From positions 39,306 through 103,305 of the forward strand of contig CAVZBG010000001.1 of the NCBI GenBank assembly GCA_963773345.1: 64,000 nt of DNA. The letters are read 5' to 3'. The position numbers were made by a program, and so were the translations under genes. Below are positions 60,216-64,000 of the stretch, one piece after another. The notes beneath the pieces are model-generated. The model was not told the DNA's origin. It saw only the letters and a list, made by a program, of their open reading frames with translations, and did not search any database. Source of the DNA: an uncultured Alphaproteobacteria bacterium. Its GTDB lineage: Bacteria; Pseudomonadota; Alphaproteobacteria; Acetobacterales; Acetobacteraceae. The first letter of the stretch is position 1. Every line of letters starts with the position of its first letter.

Positions 60216-61751
60216 TCACGCGTCGTCTCCTTCGTCCTTGGGGAGATAGGCGGGCGGCAATCCGGTGGCGACCTGCCGGTCGAGCATTCGCTCCAGGAGC
60301 GGTCCGATGCCGCGCGCCGGCGGCGGCGGGGATCGCGACGGCGATGGCAGCGACGATGGTTTGGACGTTTCGGTGGCGATTGGCTGCAGCACGCGGCGCA
60401 GGCCCGAGGCGTTGGCCGCCTTGTCCTGGGGGAACAGGCGACAAAGAACCGTGCCGGTATGCGGATCGACGAGATGGACCTGGGTGAGATCCCAGGCGGC
60501 GAAGCGAACTTCCAGCAGCGAGAGATGCCGATACTGGTTGGGCACTTCGAAGCGGCGGCCTTCGATGACGGCGGTGCCGTCGCTCTTGCGCAAGGTCCGT
60601 CGTTCGGTGCGGGTGAAGGCCAGCCGCAACGCGGCGGCATCCGGGCAGGGGCGAGTCACGGAAGGACCGGCGAGGAAGCGGGCGAGCGGCGTGTCGTTGA
60701 TCTCGCTGTGGTGCTTGCGGTTGTAGTCCTGCTCGACCCAGGCCTGCGTCGCCTCGTTGAGCCGGGCCAGGGTGAGGTCATCGACACCCTCGAGCATGGC
60801 CATCAGCCGGCCTTCGACCGATGCCCAGAGAACCTCCTGCTTGCCGTTTTGGTAGGGAGAGTAAGGGAGTGTCGTTTGGTGAACGATGCCGAGCCGGGCG
60901 AGACCTTCGCTGATCTCGGCGGCCGTCATCGCGCTGCCGTTGTCGCTCATCGCGGCGCGCGGCAGGCCGCGCTTCTGCATCGCCTGCGACAGACCGTGCG
61001 CGATGTTCTCCGCGGATTCCGCCAGATACCATTGCAGATGGCAGGCCAGCCGCGAGCGATCGTCGAGCACGCCGAACAGGATCGGCGTGCGCCATTCGCC
61101 GCGCGGCGTCAGCACCTTGCGCGAACCGTGGTGGCAATCCCAATGCCACAGTCCGTTCACGTACTCGGCCTCGAAGCCACGCACCTCGCGCGCCTCCAGC
61201 CGCGCCGCGGCCGCCAGCGCGCCATCGGTCTGGCGCGTCGTCGTGGCACGGCGCCTGGTCAGGCCGTTGGCGGCGAGGAACCGCCGGACCGTCGTGTAGG
61301 ATGGCACCGGCCGCAATTCCGGTCGTGTCTCGGCCAGGGCGACCAGATTGTCGCGATGCAGCTGCGCGCTCCAGCTTTTGTGGGCGCCGTACTGCGCCAG
61401 CAGCGCCTGGCGCAGCGCCGGCGTCATCGATGCCTGCGCGCCGGCATCGCCCCGCCGCTTGCGGCGCAGCACGCCGACCGGATCATGCCGCTCGTTGCGG
61501 GCGCGGTAGAACCATCGCTCCAGCGTGGAGACGCCGAAGCGGACCGGCGCGCCGGTGCTCGGGTGGCGCCATTCGCGCGCCGCCAGTTGTTGCAAAGCCG
61601 CGCGCAGCGCGCCCTTCGCCGGCGGTGCCGCCAGCAGCGCACCGATAATCGAGAAGCGCAGCCGCGCCCAACGCTCATGCACCCGCGATCCGTCTCGCTC
61701 CGCCACATCAGCCCCCCGAAAAATGAGCGAAGCGACGGTAGGCGCCCTCAC
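60216..61751 (-). CDS. DDE (rve/integrase-core) transposase, Mu/Tn552-like
   Basis: N-terminal HTH region, then WHWDCHH...VLDDRSR...SDNGSAMTA...PYQNGKQE (D, D, E). Confidence 0.85.
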   Translation of the reverse strand: MRAPTVASLIFRGADVAERDGSRVHERWARLRFSIIGALLAAPPAKGALRAALQQLAAREWRHPSTGAPVRFGVSTLERWFYRARNERHDPVGVLRRKRRGDAGAQASMTPALRQALLAQYGAHKSWSAQLHRDNLVALAETRPELRPVPSYTTVRRFLAANGLTRRRATTTRQTDGALAAAARLEAREVRGFEAEYVNGLWHWDCHHGSRKVLTPRGEWRTPILFGVLDDRSRLACHLQWYLAESAENIAHGLSQAMQKRGLPRAAMSDNGSAMTAAEISEGLARLGIVHQTTLPYSPYQNGKQEVLWASVEGRLMAMLEGVDDLTLARLNEATQAWVEQDYNRKHHSEINDTPLARFLAGPSVTRPCPDAAALRLAFTRTERRTLRKSDGTAVIEGRRFEVPNQYRHLSLLEVRFAAWDLTQVHLVDPHTGTVLCRLFPQDKAANASGLRRVLQPIATETSKPSSLPSPSRSPPPPARGIGPLLERMLDRQVATGLPPAYLPKDEGDDA

Positions 61752-61794
61752 CGAGGGCCAGCGACGCGCATCCTCTGCGGGTCGGTGGCGCCCG

Positions 61795-62370
61795 TCAGAA
61801 AGCGCGCATCGCCGATGCGCCGCCGGTCAGCGGACCAAGGAAGCGCAGCAAGGCGATGAGCTGCTCGCGCACGTCGCCGGCGAACCGCTCGAGCAGCGAG
61901 ACCGGCAGTGCCGCGATGTCGATCGGCGGCACCACGGCGGCCATCGCGACCGGCGCGAAGGGGCTGTCGGTGAAGGTGGACAGCCACCAGGCGCGCCAGC
62001 GCGCCAGTGTCCGCCGATCAAGTCCCGGCACGACCGACAGACGCGCCAGGCGGGACGGCGTGATGCCGAGCTGCATCGCCGAGATCAACGTCACCACGGT
62101 GGCGAGATAGACGTGCCGACCCAGAAAGCGCAGCGACGGCGGGGTGGCGCGCGTGCGGCAGCCATCCACCGCGCAGCAGAAGCTGAAACGCTCGGCGTAC
62201 TCCTGGCCGAGCCCGGCCGGACCGCCGCGCGGCTTGCGGTCATACGAACCGGAATGCAGCGCGCCACCGCAGAGCCGGCACCGTGCCGCCCGGGCGGAGG
62301 CCGCAAGGTCGCGGTCGAAGGCGAGCAGTTGCTCATGGAACTTGGCGTCGGCCAGCACCGCTTGGTACAC
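61795..62370 (-). CDS. Hypothetical Cys-rich (zinc-ribbon-like) protein; start assumed at GTG 62368-62370
   Basis: CRLCGGALHSGSYDRKPRGG...FSFCCAVDGCRTR. Lies upstream of the transposase in the same orientation. Confidence 0.4.
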   Translation of the reverse strand: MYQAVLADAKFHEQLLAFDRDLAASARAARCRLCGGALHSGSYDRKPRGGPAGLGQEYAERFSFCCAVDGCRTRATPPSLRFLGRHVYLATVVTLISAMQLGITPSRLARLSVVPGLDRRTLARWRAWWLSTFTDSPFAPVAMAAVVPPIDIAALPVSLLERFAGDVREQLIALLRFLGPLTGGASAMRAF

Positions 62371-62401
62371 TGGGTCCGTCCTTTGAACAGAAGTTGGCGA
62401 G

Positions 62402-62863
62402 ATGGCCAAAATCGGACGGAATGATCCCTGCGCCTGCGGCAGCGGCAAGAAATACAAGAAGTGCTGCATGGCCAGTGACGAGGCCGCCGCCCGTGCCGCA
62501 CGGCCGGCCGCGGTGCCGGCGCGCCAGCCGTCCTTGGCCAGCTATGTCCAGGAACACGACGAACTCGACGAACTGACCGAGGCGTCCAACGCCGTGGTCG
62601 ACATGGTCCAGGCCGGCAATCTCGATGCCGCCGAACAGGCCGCTCACGACCTGCTCGCGCGCTTCCCCGATGTCCATGACGGCTACGACCGCCTCGGCAT
62701 GGTCTGCGAAGCCCGCGGCGATCATCGCCAGGCCGCCGACTACTACCGCCGCGCCATCACCGTCATCCGCGACCACCCCGACAACTACGATCCCGGGTTC
62801 GAGGCCGTCTTCCAAAAGCTCGTCGACCGGCTCGAAACCCAGCCGGACGACGCCGCCGGCTGA
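62402..62863 (+). CDS. SEC-C metal-binding motif protein with a helical (TPR-like) C-terminal region
   Basis: MAKIGRNDPCACGSGKKYKKCC at the N-terminus. Confidence 0.75.
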   Translation: MAKIGRNDPCACGSGKKYKKCCMASDEAAARAARPAAVPARQPSLASYVQEHDELDELTEASNAVVDMVQAGNLDAAEQAAHDLLARFPDVHDGYDRLGMVCEARGDHRQAADYYRRAITVIRDHPDNYDPGFEAVFQKLVDRLETQPDDAAG

Positions 62864-63271
62864 GCCTGCCGGCCCGCCCGCTGGCTCCAGCCTCGCCGGG
62901 TGCTCGGCGGCGTCAAGGCATCCACGCCTGCGGCGCGGAGCCTCCTTGACCCCGCCTGCGCTCCCAGGGATCAGGCTCACCGGCCGAAAGCATGGGGCTC
63001 TGCCCCCAAACCCCCGGGATATTTAACGCCCAATGATGAGGCGGTAGGCTACCTGCGCGGTGCAGGCGGGGACGCCGATGACCGCGCCCGGTGATGCGGC
63101 CCGGTATCCACAAGGTGCCGGGTCGTCACGCTCGCACCCCGCAAACCCGGCCGGGAAAACCCAGACGCGACAGAAAAGCCACCACGATAAGCGAGGGGGC
63201 AGACACATCGTCCATCGTATAGCGTGGTCAGAAATGGACTGAACTACCCTCAGATAGTTTGCCCGTGCTCA

Positions 63272-64000
63272 CACCTGTTTGTCGCGGTGCAGGACGGCCA
63301 GGACATAGAGCGATTCCTTAAGACGCTGCATGCCCGTTGCTGGCTCGCCGGGCTGGGCTGGCTGATGGTCGGGGCTGGTGGCCAACTGCTGGAGCGTTCG
63401 ATTGTCGATCGCATGGTCGGCGCACCAGAACGGCTGGTATTCGAGGGCGCACCCGTTCTCGATCCGCCGCTGGCGCAGGATCAGGCCAGTCGCCGGCCTG
63501 TGGCGACCGAAGGTGCGGCGCTGGACACGATCGCGGTCTGCCCGCCGCTGACGCTGGTTGAACAAGCCCGATTCAAAGAGATGCGCGCCAAGGAAGCGCA
63601 TCGACTCGCGCCCGACGCGACCAAGGCGCGTGATGCGTTCATTTCGCAGCAGTCGCAACTTCTCGCCCAGCGCACCGGCATGTCGGCCAACAGTGCCGCG
63701 CAAGTAATCGCCCGCCAGTGCGCCGGCATCCTGCTGCCGGACGTAGCGTTGCCATTCGATGACCATGAGCTGGCCGGCATCACGGTTGCCGACGTGCTGG
63801 CGGACCCGACGCGCTTCGAGGGCGCGACAATGGCCGATCCGCTTGAGGGGACTGAGTACGGACCGTGCAAGGCCAAGGTCATGCGCCGGGCGGACGGCAC
63901 GCCCTGGATACACAGCTTCGCACACGGTCGTACCGACATATGAGTTGAAGCTGGATGTCGCCAGCGTCGAAGCCGCGTTGAACAAGGCGCCGACCAGCGA
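63272..64000 (+). pseudogene. Island replication/primase-like protein, 3' continuation; further frameshift near 63930; runs off window
   Basis: FVAVQDGQDIERFLKTLHARCWLAGLGWLMVGAGGQLLERSIVDRMVGAPERLVFEGAPVL... The stop at 63941-63943 is followed in another frame by YELKLDVASVEAALNKAPTS. Confidence 0.6.

Larger units (their letters stand above)
58219..63271. mobile_element. About 5-kb transposon (rve-type DDE transposase plus TniB/ExeA-like AAA+ ATPase plus AAA_25-like ATPase plus two accessory genes) with TGAGCACG...CGTGCTCA termini
   Basis: Perfect 8-bp terminal inverted repeat. The flanking direct repeat cacc(tg) is at 58215-58220 and 63272-63277. Removing the element restores ...GGVHLFVAVQDG... 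in the host gene. Confidence 0.8.

Overview
High-GC, alphaproteobacterium-like chromosomal segment (taxon inferred only from the infA-maf-RNase E/G-yacG-tRNA-Phe gene order and the repeat families). It is a mosaic.

Intact housekeeping blocks:
- SYLF-domain, TetR-fold, phasin, ycgN and DHDPS-family genes
- dcd-murA
- hisG-hisD
- infA-maf-RNase E/G-yacG-tRNA-Phe

Accessory and mobile DNA between them:
- A heavily frameshifted amino-acid ABC transporter operon (0.4-3.6 kb).
- A GxxExxY gene bracketed by 25-bp inverted repeats.
- A collagen-like lipoprotein gene.
- A block littered with IS fragments (10.7-22.3 kb). It holds a DUF6065-like/JmjC fusion gene, an L,D-transpeptidase, a two-partner secretion pair (tpsA and tpsB, both frameshifted), gene fragments, and an intact IS66-family element with an 8-bp target duplication.
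- A proline-rich ORF plus an HGGxSTG-type gene pair.
- A visibly lower-GC four-gene cassette of small unassignable proteins (39.8-40.9 kb). This is my best candidate for an undescribed system.
- A partly decayed HlyD/outer-membrane-factor/ABC-2 efflux operon.
- A DDE transposase next to infA.
- An integrase-bearing island at tRNA-Phe that runs off the window. Its primase-like gene is split by a 5-kb transposon with TG..CA ends.

Several families of palindromic intergenic repeats recur. No rRNA genes or CRISPR arrays were seen. Many long antisense ORFs in the supplied track are high-GC shadow ORFs. All functional calls come from reading the translations; no database search was possible.
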